A stretch of DNA of 43,793 nt from a virus: the IMG/VR virus record IMGVR_UViG_3300039918_000006, positions 1 through 43,793 of that record; one strand, 5' to 3'. Shown here piece by piece: positions 36,844 to 43,793 of this stretch. A model generated the notes under the pieces. It was not told where the DNA came from, did not search any database, and worked only from the letters and a program-made list of their open reading frames with translations. How positions within the stretch are numbered: position 1 is the stretch's first letter; every line of letters starts with the position of its first letter. The translations under genes and the position numbers were made by a program.

Positions 36844-38022
36844 ATGAGCACCGAAATCGAAATCAAGCAGGAACTGTCGAAAATCTCCGATCAGGTCAAA
36901 GAGCACGCCGAAAAAGCAATCGCCGAAGCCAAAAAAGGCATCGCCATGGCTGAAGGCCAGAAAGAACGCGTCGACGAGCTGCTGGTGAAGCAGGGCGAAC
37001 TGAATGCACAAGTTCAGGAACTGCTGCAAAAGGCCGCGCGACGCGGCGGCGAACCAGTCGATCAAGGCCCACGTACGGCTGGCTACAGCTTCATCGAAAG
37101 CGAAGCGTACAAGTCTTTCACCACCGCTGGCGACCGCCTGAAGCAGGGCCAGCAGATCCGTGTCGACGTCAAGGCTATTACCAGCCTCAACAACAGCGCT
37201 GGCACTCTGGTTGCTCCTGATCGCCGTGACGGCATCATCGCGATTCCACAGCGTCCGCTGAGCATCCGTGATCTGCTCGCTCCTGGTCGCACCAACAGCA
37301 CACTGATCCAGTATTTCCGCGAGACGCTGTTTGCGAATAACGCCGCCCCGGTGGCCGAAGGCACCTTGAAGCCAGAATCGAACATCACGTTCGAACAGCG
37401 TGATGCGAAGGTCATCAAGCTGGCCCACTGGATCAAGGCGACGACGGAAATTCTGGATGATGCGCCGGCCCTGCAGTCGGTGATCGATCAACGTCTGCGT
37501 TATGGCCTGCAATTCGTGGAAGACCTGCAACTGCTGATGGGTTCGGGCGCGGCGAATAACCTGTCTGGCATCTACACCAACGCGACTGCTTATGCAGCCC
37601 CGTTCGCAGTGGCCGGTGAGACGCGAATCGACCGCCTCCGTCTGGCATTCCTGCAAGGCGAGCTTGCCCTGCTGCCAGCAGACGCAGCTATTATGCACCC
37701 TTCCGACTGGGCGCAGATCGAACTGCTGAAGGATACCCAAGGGCGCTACCTGATCGGCAATCCACAAGGTACGCTGGCGCCGACCCTGTGGGGCCGTCGT
37801 ATTGTCACCACGCTGGCCATGCCTGCCAACAGCTTCCTGGCGGGTAACTTCCGCGACTCGGCACAGATCTTCGACCGTGAAGATGCGAACGTAGTAGTTT
37901 CCACAGAGAATCAGGACGATTTCATCTACAATCGCGTGACGATTATGGCTGAGGAACGTCTTGCTCTGGCCGATTACCGCCCGGAAGCGCGAGTGAAAGG
38001 GACGTTCACTCCTGCCGCATAA
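36844..38022 (+). CDS. Major capsid protein (HK97 fold) with N-terminal delta/scaffold domain
   Basis: 392 aa. Coiled-coil N-terminus followed by a capsid core, directly after the protease gene. Confidence 0.92.
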   Translation: MSTEIEIKQELSKISDQVKEHAEKAIAEAKKGIAMAEGQKERVDELLVKQGELNAQVQELLQKAARRGGEPVDQGPRTAGYSFIESEAYKSFTTAGDRLKQGQQIRVDVKAITSLNNSAGTLVAPDRRDGIIAIPQRPLSIRDLLAPGRTNSTLIQYFRETLFANNAAPVAEGTLKPESNITFEQRDAKVIKLAHWIKATTEILDDAPALQSVIDQRLRYGLQFVEDLQLLMGSGAANNLSGIYTNATAYAAPFAVAGETRIDRLRLAFLQGELALLPADAAIMHPSDWAQIELLKDTQGRYLIGNPQGTLAPTLWGRRIVTTLAMPANSFLAGNFRDSAQIFDREDANVVVSTENQDDFIYNRVTIMAEERLALADYRPEARVKGTFTPAA

Positions 38023-38033
38023 GTAGTAAAGCA

Positions 38034-38067
38034 AAACGCCATCCCTGTTAGCGCAAGGATGGCGTTT
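38034..38067 (+). terminator. Hairpin/terminator after the capsid gene
   Basis: AAACGCCATCC (38034-38044) pairs with GGATGGCGTTT (38057-38067). Only a short T-run follows. Confidence 0.5.
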
Positions 38068-38096
38068 CTAACCACAACTGAAGAGGAGCTTCGGCC

Positions 38097-38744
38097 ATGG
38101 CTGAAACGAATACTAGCACGTGTATTGTTTGTTATGTTTGCGCAGCATCAAAACCACTTGAGCTGTTTCCTAAGATGCCAAGTGGAAAGCATGGAAGAAA
38201 TACTACCTGTAAGGCATGCAGGTCTAGCTATCTGAAGAAATATCGCGAAGCTAACAGAGAGGCTTTGGTAGAGGCAAGTCGGCGAAGATACATCGAAAAA
38301 AAAGAAGAGTATCAGGAGGCCGGTCGCAGAAATTACGAGAAGAACAAAGAAGCGTATAAGGCAAGAGCCAAGAAGTGGGTTGAGAAAAATCCAGGGAAAC
38401 GTAAGGCTGCGGTTGATAAGTATAACAATGGCGATCCAGTCCGTCGTTACGAGTCCGGAAAGAAGCATAGGTTAAGCAACCCTGGATATTACGCTGCGGC
38501 TTATAAGGCAAGACAGCAGCGAAAGCGGCAAGCCATGCCCTTTTGGGCAAACGAAGAAAGTATCAAAGCTATCTACCGGCAGGCAGCTTGGGTTGAGAAG
38601 ATGACAGGAATAAAGCAACACGTAGATCACTACTATCCGCTAAAGAATGATCTTGTTTGCGGCTTGCACGTGGAAAATAACTTACGCATCATCCCGGCTT
38701 TTGATAACCTATCAAAAGGAAACAAATTCCCAACTGAGGAGTAG
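38097..38744 (+). mobile_element. Free-standing HNH homing-endonuclease-like gene inserted in the head operon
   Basis: 215 aa. An N-terminal Cys4 cluster, a Lys/Arg/Glu-rich middle, and a C-terminal VDHYYPLKNDLVCGLHVENNLRIIPAFDNLSKGNK (HNH). Visibly lower G+C than the flanking head genes, and preceded by a hairpin. Confidence 0.7.
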
Positions 38745-38747
38745 AAA

Positions 38748-38975
38748 ATGAAAGTTAACGCAAAAGTCCTGTCGGCCTTCTATCACGGAAACCAAACGTA
38801 TTCGGAAGGTATCACCGCTCAGTTCGCCAAGGGCGAAGCGCACGATCTGGAGAAAGCTGGCCTAGTCGAAGTGACCGGCGAGGTGGAAGATTCCGGCGTG
38901 AAAATGGCCGATGCCCCAGAAAACAAGATGGCCGACGCTCCAGCCAACAAATCGCGCACGAAAAAAGCAGAGTAA
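38748..38975 (+). CDS. Small head-module protein (75 aa)
   Basis: GAGGAG RBS. Contains the internal tandem KMADAPENKMADAPANK. Confidence 0.65.
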   Translation: MKVNAKVLSAFYHGNQTYSEGITAQFAKGEAHDLEKAGLVEVTGEVEDSGVKMADAPENKMADAPANKSRTKKAE

Positions 38976-38978
38976 GCC

Positions 38979-39395
38979 ATGGCGATCACTACCGCATTCC
39001 CCAACGCGCGCAAGCTTGAAGCGCTTCAGGCTATCGCAGCTTCGACGGACGTTTTCAAGGCCGTTCTGCTCCAGCCTACTGCCAACTTCGACAAGACCGC
39101 GACCGTCTACGATGGCACTGGCGAGATTGCAAGCGGCAACGGTTACACGACTGGCGGCCAGACCCTGACCGGCTATTCTGCTGCGCTTGATGGGGATACG
39201 GCGGTGCTCGATTTTGCTGACCCATCGTGGTCGAGTGCGACTATCTCGGCTGGCGGCCTGCTGATCGTGAACCAGACCAAAGGCAACAAGATCATCGGCG
39301 TTCACAGCTTCGGCGCGACGGTCACTTCGACCAACGACACGTTCAAGGTCACGCTGCCGGCTCCTACGGCTGCTGCTGGCCTGATCCGCATCTAA
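38979..39395 (+). CDS. Head-module structural protein candidate (138 aa)
   Basis: ORF between the capsid and connector genes. Function not recognised. Confidence 0.65.
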   Translation: MAITTAFPNARKLEALQAIAASTDVFKAVLLQPTANFDKTATVYDGTGEIASGNGYTTGGQTLTGYSAALDGDTAVLDFADPSWSSATISAGGLLIVNQTKGNKIIGVHSFGATVTSTNDTFKVTLPAPTAAAGLIRI

Positions 39396-39402
39396 GGCCG
39401 CC

Positions 39403-39804
39403 ATGAAACGATACTTTCTTGCAGATATCATCGGTGATGGTTCGGACACAGACGAGTACCGCGCAGCGGTGGCAGTATATCCGGTGAATTGGGCCGCCGA
39501 GGTTCCTTGGAATGATGCCGAAAATCGGCCTTTGAACACCTGGACTGTTGCTGAAGTAAATGGCGGCGACATGTCGGGCTTTGAAGGCGACATCCGGATC
39601 GATCCTTTGCCGGTGTGTGAGTTGGATACGCCAGTTTCTGAGATCAACGCCATGCAGCTGGGATCAATGCGGGCGGCTCTGCAACGTCGTGGCATCGGTG
39701 TTTCGCTCGATGCAGCAGAGAACTTTGGAAGCATCATCGCCGTGCTCCGTATCCGAGCCGGCGAGGCAACCGTGGTGCCGACTAAAGCCTCTCTGGAACT
39801 TTAA
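39403..39804 (+). CDS. Hypothetical head-module protein (133 aa)
   Basis: ORF in the structural operon. Confidence 0.65.
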   Translation: MKRYFLADIIGDGSDTDEYRAAVAVYPVNWAAEVPWNDAENRPLNTWTVAEVNGGDMSGFEGDIRIDPLPVCELDTPVSEINAMQLGSMRAALQRRGIGVSLDAAENFGSIIAVLRIRAGEATVVPTKASLEL

Positions 39805-39807
39805 ACC

Positions 39808-41025
39808 GTGGCTGAAATCTTCCGCGACGGGTTTAACGGCACGGCAGGCGAGGACCTGACTGTCTATAATCCGGCGTGGGTCAAACAGCCCGGTATTACT
39901 GCATCTATGCTGATTGCCCCCGATGGGCAGTCAGCAACCGCAACAAGCTCGACAAATACCTCATCGTATTATCGATCCGATGTCATTCCGCCAAACGCGG
40001 ATTACTCGGTTAGTGTCGATGTTACCCTCCTTCTAACGCTTACCAATGCGGCGGCTGTTGGTGTAACGATCCGCGCTTCGTCGGCCAATATTACGCATTA
40101 CCAGTTCCGCTTTTCTGCCTCTACCAATCCGCCCGCTGGTGCATGGCAACTTCGCAGAATCGTAAATAATACAGCTACATCGTTAGCCAGTACTGGTGGC
40201 ACGTTCGATACTGGGGAAACAAGGAATCTTCGCATAGAGACGAGTGGTTCTCAGGTCGCAGCTTACCTGGACGGAAGCACAACACCCTTTCTCGGACCTG
40301 TAACCAGCACTCTTAACGACACCGGCTATCCCGGGGTGTTGGCGACGAATGCGCCGGCGTCTCGCGCAAAATACGATAACTTTGTAGTTGACAATGGCCT
40401 GGCAGCTGGGCAGCAAGGCAATGCTTCGATTACAGGTGTTTCTTCCAACCCCGCGGCTGGAAGTGCTTCTGCCTCTGGCTCTGCATCGGCTACCCTGTCT
40501 GGCGTTCGTTCTAATCCGGCTGCTGGCAGCGTAACCGCATCCGGCTCAGCTTCTGCGTTCATCATCGGCGTTGCGGCATCTCCGGCTGCTAGTTCACTTG
40601 CAGCGTCTGGCGCATCTAGCGCTCATGTCGTGGGTGTCTCTGCTGTGCCAGATGTGGGAATGCCGTTGGCCTCTGGTAAGGCCAGCGCAGATGTTTTTGG
40701 TGTCGCGGCAAATCCGGCTGCTGGTACGATAGGCGCTGGATCTGCCGGCGCAGCAGTGATTAGTGGTGTCGCTGCAAAGCCCAGCGCTGCCGATCTAGTG
40801 GCATCGGGGGCATCAAACGCCATAATCGTCGGCGTTTTTGCTAATCCTGCGGCTGGTCTTGTGACAGCTGAAATTGAAGCAGGCGAGGAAGATGATATTG
40901 ATGCACTGCTTGTTCCTCCGCGCCAAACAGTAGTATTTGAAGGATCGATACGAGTTGTTGCTTTTGAGGGCAGCAATCGAGTGGTATCATTTGAAGGAAG
41001 TAAGAGACTGGTGGAATTCCAATGA
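39808..41025 (+). CDS. LamG/ConA-like lectin-fold protein with 22-aa x7 and 10-aa x3 tandem repeats (decoration/fibre candidate)
   Basis: GTG start 3 nt after the previous stop. The N-terminal about 200 aa, ending ...AKYDNFVVDNG, is typical of concanavalin-like domains. It is followed by GV..NPAAG..-type repeats and a FEGS.R.V triplet. Confidence 0.7.
   Translation: MAEIFRDGFNGTAGEDLTVYNPAWVKQPGITASMLIAPDGQSATATSSTNTSSYYRSDVIPPNADYSVSVDVTLLLTLTNAAAVGVTIRASSANITHYQFRFSASTNPPAGAWQLRRIVNNTATSLASTGGTFDTGETRNLRIETSGSQVAAYLDGSTTPFLGPVTSTLNDTGYPGVLATNAPASRAKYDNFVVDNGLAAGQQGNASITGVSSNPAAGSASASGSASATLSGVRSNPAAGSVTASGSASAFIIGVAASPAASSLAASGASSAHVVGVSAVPDVGMPLASGKASADVFGVAANPAAGTIGAGSAGAAVISGVAAKPSAADLVASGASNAIIVGVFANPAAGLVTAEIEAGEEDDIDALLVPPRQTVVFEGSIRVVAFEGSNRVVSFEGSKRLVEFQ
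40426..40887 (+). repeat. Seven tandem 66-nt coding repeats
   Basis: The G-V dipeptide recurs at residues 210, 232, 254, 276, 298, 320 and 342 (an exact 22-aa period) in the 39808..41025 product. Confidence 0.8.
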
Positions 41026-41336
41026 CCCGATACGAGCCATACAAAGAAGGCGATAAATGGTATCTCGATGTTGACCGAGACGACGAGGTAAATTACGTTG
41101 CCAATGTTTTCAAGTGGCTTAGTGATAACGCGACATCTGCGCTCGATTTCCTGCCAATTCCGGTTGGATGCACTGTTCTGCAAAAAGGCTGGGCTCAAGG
41201 CGAGCGCAACAGCCTATTGCCTGTAAAGCTGAAAGTAGGATTCGATGCGGAAGATCCGCATTGCACTTTCCGAGTAGATACCGAAGACGGTCAGCAATTC
41301 GATAAAACCATCTGGTTCAAAGAGGCAGTCAATTGA
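41022..41336 (+). CDS. Hypothetical structural-module protein (104 aa)
   Basis: ATGA-coupled ORF. Confidence 0.65.
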   Translation: MTRYEPYKEGDKWYLDVDRDDEVNYVANVFKWLSDNATSALDFLPIPVGCTVLQKGWAQGERNSLLPVKLKVGFDAEDPHCTFRVDTEDGQQFDKTIWFKEAVN

Positions 41337-41932
41337 TGGACGTGACTAAACTCGTTGCATCGCAGCCAGCCATGAAAGTGATGGCTGCTCAAGTCATTGA
41401 AGCGCCTGAGCCTATCTCGCTTGAGCAAGCCAAGGAGCATCTGCGCGTAGTCTACGATGACGAGGACTCGTATATTTCGGGCCTTATCGTTGCAGCGCGT
41501 GAAATGGCTGAGGGCAAGCTAAATCGCACGATTAAGCAACGTGTCCGAGAGGCTGCTTTCTGCAATTGGTCGAATATCGTTCTGCGCAAGCCGCCGTTTG
41601 TGTCGGTGGAGTCGTTGTCGTATATCGATAGCACTGGCGAAGAGCAATACCTGGAAGATTATGCCGTACGCGCTCGTTCGGAACCAGCGCGCATTGCGCT
41701 GCCTTATGGCTTCTCGGCTCCTTCGCTTCAGCCCAACGAGGAGGCGATTGTTGTCCGTTACGTGGCCGGATATCCTGAAGGCGAAGTGCCTCAGCCTATC
41801 TTCCAATGGATGCTGCTGGTAATTGGTACGATGTACGAGAACCGCGAAACGATGTCTGCCGGTGTGAATGTCACGTCTATCCCTGAAGACTTCTTCAAGT
41901 GGCTGTTGCAGCCTTACATGGTGTACGAATGA
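41333..41932 (+). CDS. Head-tail connector (gp6-like / QLRG family)
   Basis: 199 aa. SLEQAKEHLRVVYDDEDSYISGLIVAAREMAE is the characteristic N-terminal motif. Confidence 0.8.
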   Translation: MMDVTKLVASQPAMKVMAAQVIEAPEPISLEQAKEHLRVVYDDEDSYISGLIVAAREMAEGKLNRTIKQRVREAAFCNWSNIVLRKPPFVSVESLSYIDSTGEEQYLEDYAVRARSEPARIALPYGFSAPSLQPNEEAIVVRYVAGYPEGEVPQPIFQWMLLVIGTMYENRETMSAGVNVTSIPEDFFKWLLQPYMVYE

Positions 41933-42273
41933 GGGGCGGAGCACTCGACCGGCGTATTACAATCCAGCGGCCTGCGGTCGTTGTAGATCCTGTCTACGGC
42001 CCGCAGGATAGCGGGTGGGAAGACCTTCTTCCCGTTCGCATCCCTGCCAACAAGAAGGATGATTTGCCAGGCAACACGGAAAGCGTGCAAAACGGTCTGC
42101 GATTGTCCAACAGCCCTGCGCGCATCCGCATTCGCTATCGTAACGACATCACCTCGGATATGCGCGTGATCGTGCATGACGAGAATGACCGTATCTACCA
42201 AATCAGCAGCACGCCGGCAGAGATTGGCCGGCGCGAATGGCTGGAATTTACTGTGGCGAGGTATTCATCGTGA
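41929..42273 (+). CDS. Head closure / head-tail adaptor (SPP1 gp16-like)
   Basis: ATGA-coupled ATG at 41929. LDRRITIQRP...ARIRIRYRNDITSDMRVI...RIYQISS fits the family pattern. Confidence 0.8.
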   Translation: MRGGALDRRITIQRPAVVVDPVYGPQDSGWEDLLPVRIPANKKDDLPGNTESVQNGLRLSNSPARIRIRYRNDITSDMRVIVHDENDRIYQISSTPAEIGRREWLEFTVARYSS

Positions 42274-42773
42274 GCAACCGTGATGTAGTGATAGGCACTC
42301 GTCAGCTAGATGACTTGCTGAGCACATTTGCGCCAAAGATCAAGAAGAACATTCTCCGGTCCGCGCTGACCGCAGGGGCGCAGGTTTTCAAAAAGGAAGT
42401 GTTGCTGCGTGTCCCGAGGAAGTCGGGCGATCTTGCGAAAACGACCCGAGTTTCGTCCCGAATCGATGCGAAGCGTAATCGCGTAACTGCAAGCGTGAAA
42501 GTCGGCAACAAGAAGGTGCCGTATGCCCTTAGCGTTGAATTTGGCACACGCGCTCACTTGATCGAAGCTCCGCAGGGCCAATCCCTTTCTGTGGCGGGCA
42601 GGCAGTACCGCGCAGTTAATCACCCTGGCGCGACTCAGCATCCATTTGCGCGCCCAGCTGCAAAGAAACAGTTGCCGCAAGCAGTGGATGCCGTGCGCAA
42701 GAAACTCCGCGAGCGTATGACTGCAAACGGCTTAAATGTTCCTGCTCCTGTCATGGATGACCTAATCGAATGA
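42270..42773 (+). CDS. HK97 gp10-family tail-completion protein
   Basis: GTGA-coupled GTG at 42270. KKNILRSALTAGAQVFKKEV...RKSGDLAKT...YALSVEFGT fits the gp10 family. Confidence 0.8.
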   Translation: MSNRDVVIGTRQLDDLLSTFAPKIKKNILRSALTAGAQVFKKEVLLRVPRKSGDLAKTTRVSSRIDAKRNRVTASVKVGNKKVPYALSVEFGTRAHLIEAPQGQSLSVAGRQYRAVNHPGATQHPFARPAAKKQLPQAVDAVRKKLRERMTANGLNVPAPVMDDLIE

Positions 42774-43177
42774 GCGGCGTAGCTATTGTCCGCGCGCTTC
42801 TTGCCGCGCATAAGCCTGTCACTGATGTTGTCCCAGCGACTCGCATTTACTCTGGAATAGCTCCGCAAGGGGTGACTTTGCCAGCTATCAGCGTTAGCAC
42901 TGTGTATGGTGACGAGTTCCCTACAGTAGCGCGCCGGAATGCCAATAAGCAGAATTGGGAAAGTGTCCAAGTAACTGTACTTAGCTCTAACTATGTGCAG
43001 ATGAAAAACCTACTCAAAGCTTGCTCGTTAGGATCAGGTGTACATAAAGGAACAGTTGTAGGCCTTAAAGTAAATAGCGTCATACCTGATGGAATAAATC
43101 CCGAGATTCCACCTGGAGACGATAAAATTTTCGAGCAATCGCGTGATTTTATGGTAACTTTCGTCGAAGCAAACTAG
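42770..43177 (+). CDS. Tail terminator-type protein (DUF3168-like)
   Basis: 135 aa. VRALLAAHKPVTDVVPATRIYSGIAPQGVTLPAISVSTV is the typical DUF3168 N-terminus. It directly precedes the major tail gene. Confidence 0.7.
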   Translation: MSGVAIVRALLAAHKPVTDVVPATRIYSGIAPQGVTLPAISVSTVYGDEFPTVARRNANKQNWESVQVTVLSSNYVQMKNLLKACSLGSGVHKGTVVGLKVNSVIPDGINPEIPPGDDKIFEQSRDFMVTFVEAN

Positions 43178-43193
43178 AATATCGGAATGCTTC

Positions 43194-43231
43194 AGCCCGC
43201 CCGTATCGCATTCCGCGCGCGGGCTTTATTT
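43194..43231 (+). terminator. Hairpin/partial terminator before the major tail gene
   Basis: AGCCCGC (43194-43200) pairs with GCGGGCT (43219-43225), followed by TTATTT. The alternative helix GGAATGC (43184-43190) / GCATTCC (43208-43214) overlaps it. Confidence 0.45.
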
Positions 43232-43242
43232 AGGAGAAAAAA

Positions 43243-43722
43243 ATGCCATTCCCAGCAGACTTTGAAACTTATGCCGATTCGCGGCTGTTCATCGCTGAGG
43301 GCCGCCCAACCGATAACACGGAAGCGGCTTTTGAGACGATGACCGGCTGGGAAGAGTTCACCATTACCCAAGTCGGTTCGATCCAAGGCCGCGCTTACAA
43401 TACTTCGGAACTGGACGTTGTGAGCCAGGGCCAGGTGCGCCGTAAGCTTGGCAACTACCAGCTGCCTGATTCGGAATGGGGCTTCGTTGCGGAAGACGAT
43501 GATCCAGCATACCTGATCGCGGAAGCGGCGATGCGTGAGCGCACTATCTGCTCGTTCGCGGTTGTGCGCCAGTCGGGTGCCGTTCTGTACTTCACCGCAC
43601 AGATCATGAACCTGTCCGAGCCAGGCGGCGGTAGCAACGACAATCTGACCTACACGATGCCTCTGCTGTTGCAGACTGAAGCTTTCAAGGCTACCACTCC
43701 CGTTATCCCAACGGTAGCCTAA
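43243..43722 (+). CDS. Major tail (tube) protein
   Basis: 159 aa with an AGGAGAAAAAA RBS, located between the tail terminator and the G/G-T chaperones. Confidence 0.8.
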   Translation: MPFPADFETYADSRLFIAEGRPTDNTEAAFETMTGWEEFTITQVGSIQGRAYNTSELDVVSQGQVRRKLGNYQLPDSEWGFVAEDDDPAYLIAEAAMRERTICSFAVVRQSGAVLYFTAQIMNLSEPGGGSNDNLTYTMPLLLQTEAFKATTPVIPTVA

Positions 43723-43738
43723 TCAAGCCCGCAAGGGC

Positions 43739-43793
43739 ATAACCGAGCACCGACTGCGCGGGCGTCATTCCTTGGGAGGGAGCGCCCGCGCGG
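43739..43793. repeat. Exact 55-nt copy of the window start (1..55)
   Basis: Identical string at both ends of the window. Confidence 0.9.

Noticed and set aside
36796-38034. 412-aa minus-strand ORF opposite the major capsid gene.
   Set aside because: It is a shadow ORF of a G+C-rich gene. The plus strand encodes a textbook HK97 capsid. The antisense product is Arg/Gln/Val-rich with no RBS or operon context. The same reasoning applies to 5945..6691, 6776..7660, 24962..25651, 38862..39737, 40623..41198 and the other antisense ORFs in the track.
40426-40887. Regular 66-nt tandem periodicity that could suggest a CRISPR-like or satellite array.
   Set aside because: There are no unique spacers. 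The repeats are in-frame, diverged coding units of a single long ORF (22-aa protein repeats).

Overview
The window is one complete phage genome. Its first 55 nt are repeated exactly as its last 55 nt, which looks like an assembler circular-closure overlap, so the unique length is 43,738 bp. Gene content and order indicate an HK97-like, cos-type, long-tailed siphovirus of a Gram-negative host (HNH + P27-like TerS + TerL, and embedded Rz/Rz1 spanins).

Layout:
- A divergent control region lies at about 20.9-21.1 kb.
- The leftward (minus) early arm, 20912 down to 12954, carries a Cro/YdaS-like HTH, NinB, NinG, wHTH proteins, a replication-initiation-type protein, and distal membrane/Imm-like accessory genes.
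- The rightward (plus) arm, from 21079, carries small ORFs, an ERF annealase, Ea22-like paralogs, an FtsK-gamma-domain protein, an orphan 764-aa polysaccharide-lyase-like protein and an HNH.
- It continues with TerS/TerL, portal, protease, HK97 capsid, a free-standing HNH, head accessory proteins, connectors and the major tail protein.
- Across the circular junction it continues with G/G-T chaperones (-1 frameshift), a 1594-aa tape measure, a beta-helix tail protein, fibre genes and the lysis cassette.
- I saw no integrase, CI-type repressor, helicase, primase, polymerase, tRNA or CRISPR array.

The most unusual signal is non-coding. Two diverged, inversely oriented, gene-free structured elements of about 430-455 nt sit one in each early arm (16420-16875 minus, 22507-22937 plus). 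They share colinear conserved blocks, and their helices are kept while the helix sequences differ. A third structured gap of 554 nt (30553-31106) lies between the HNH and the packaging genes.

All calls come from reading the sequence and ORF translations by eye. Family names are motif- and synteny-based, not search-based.
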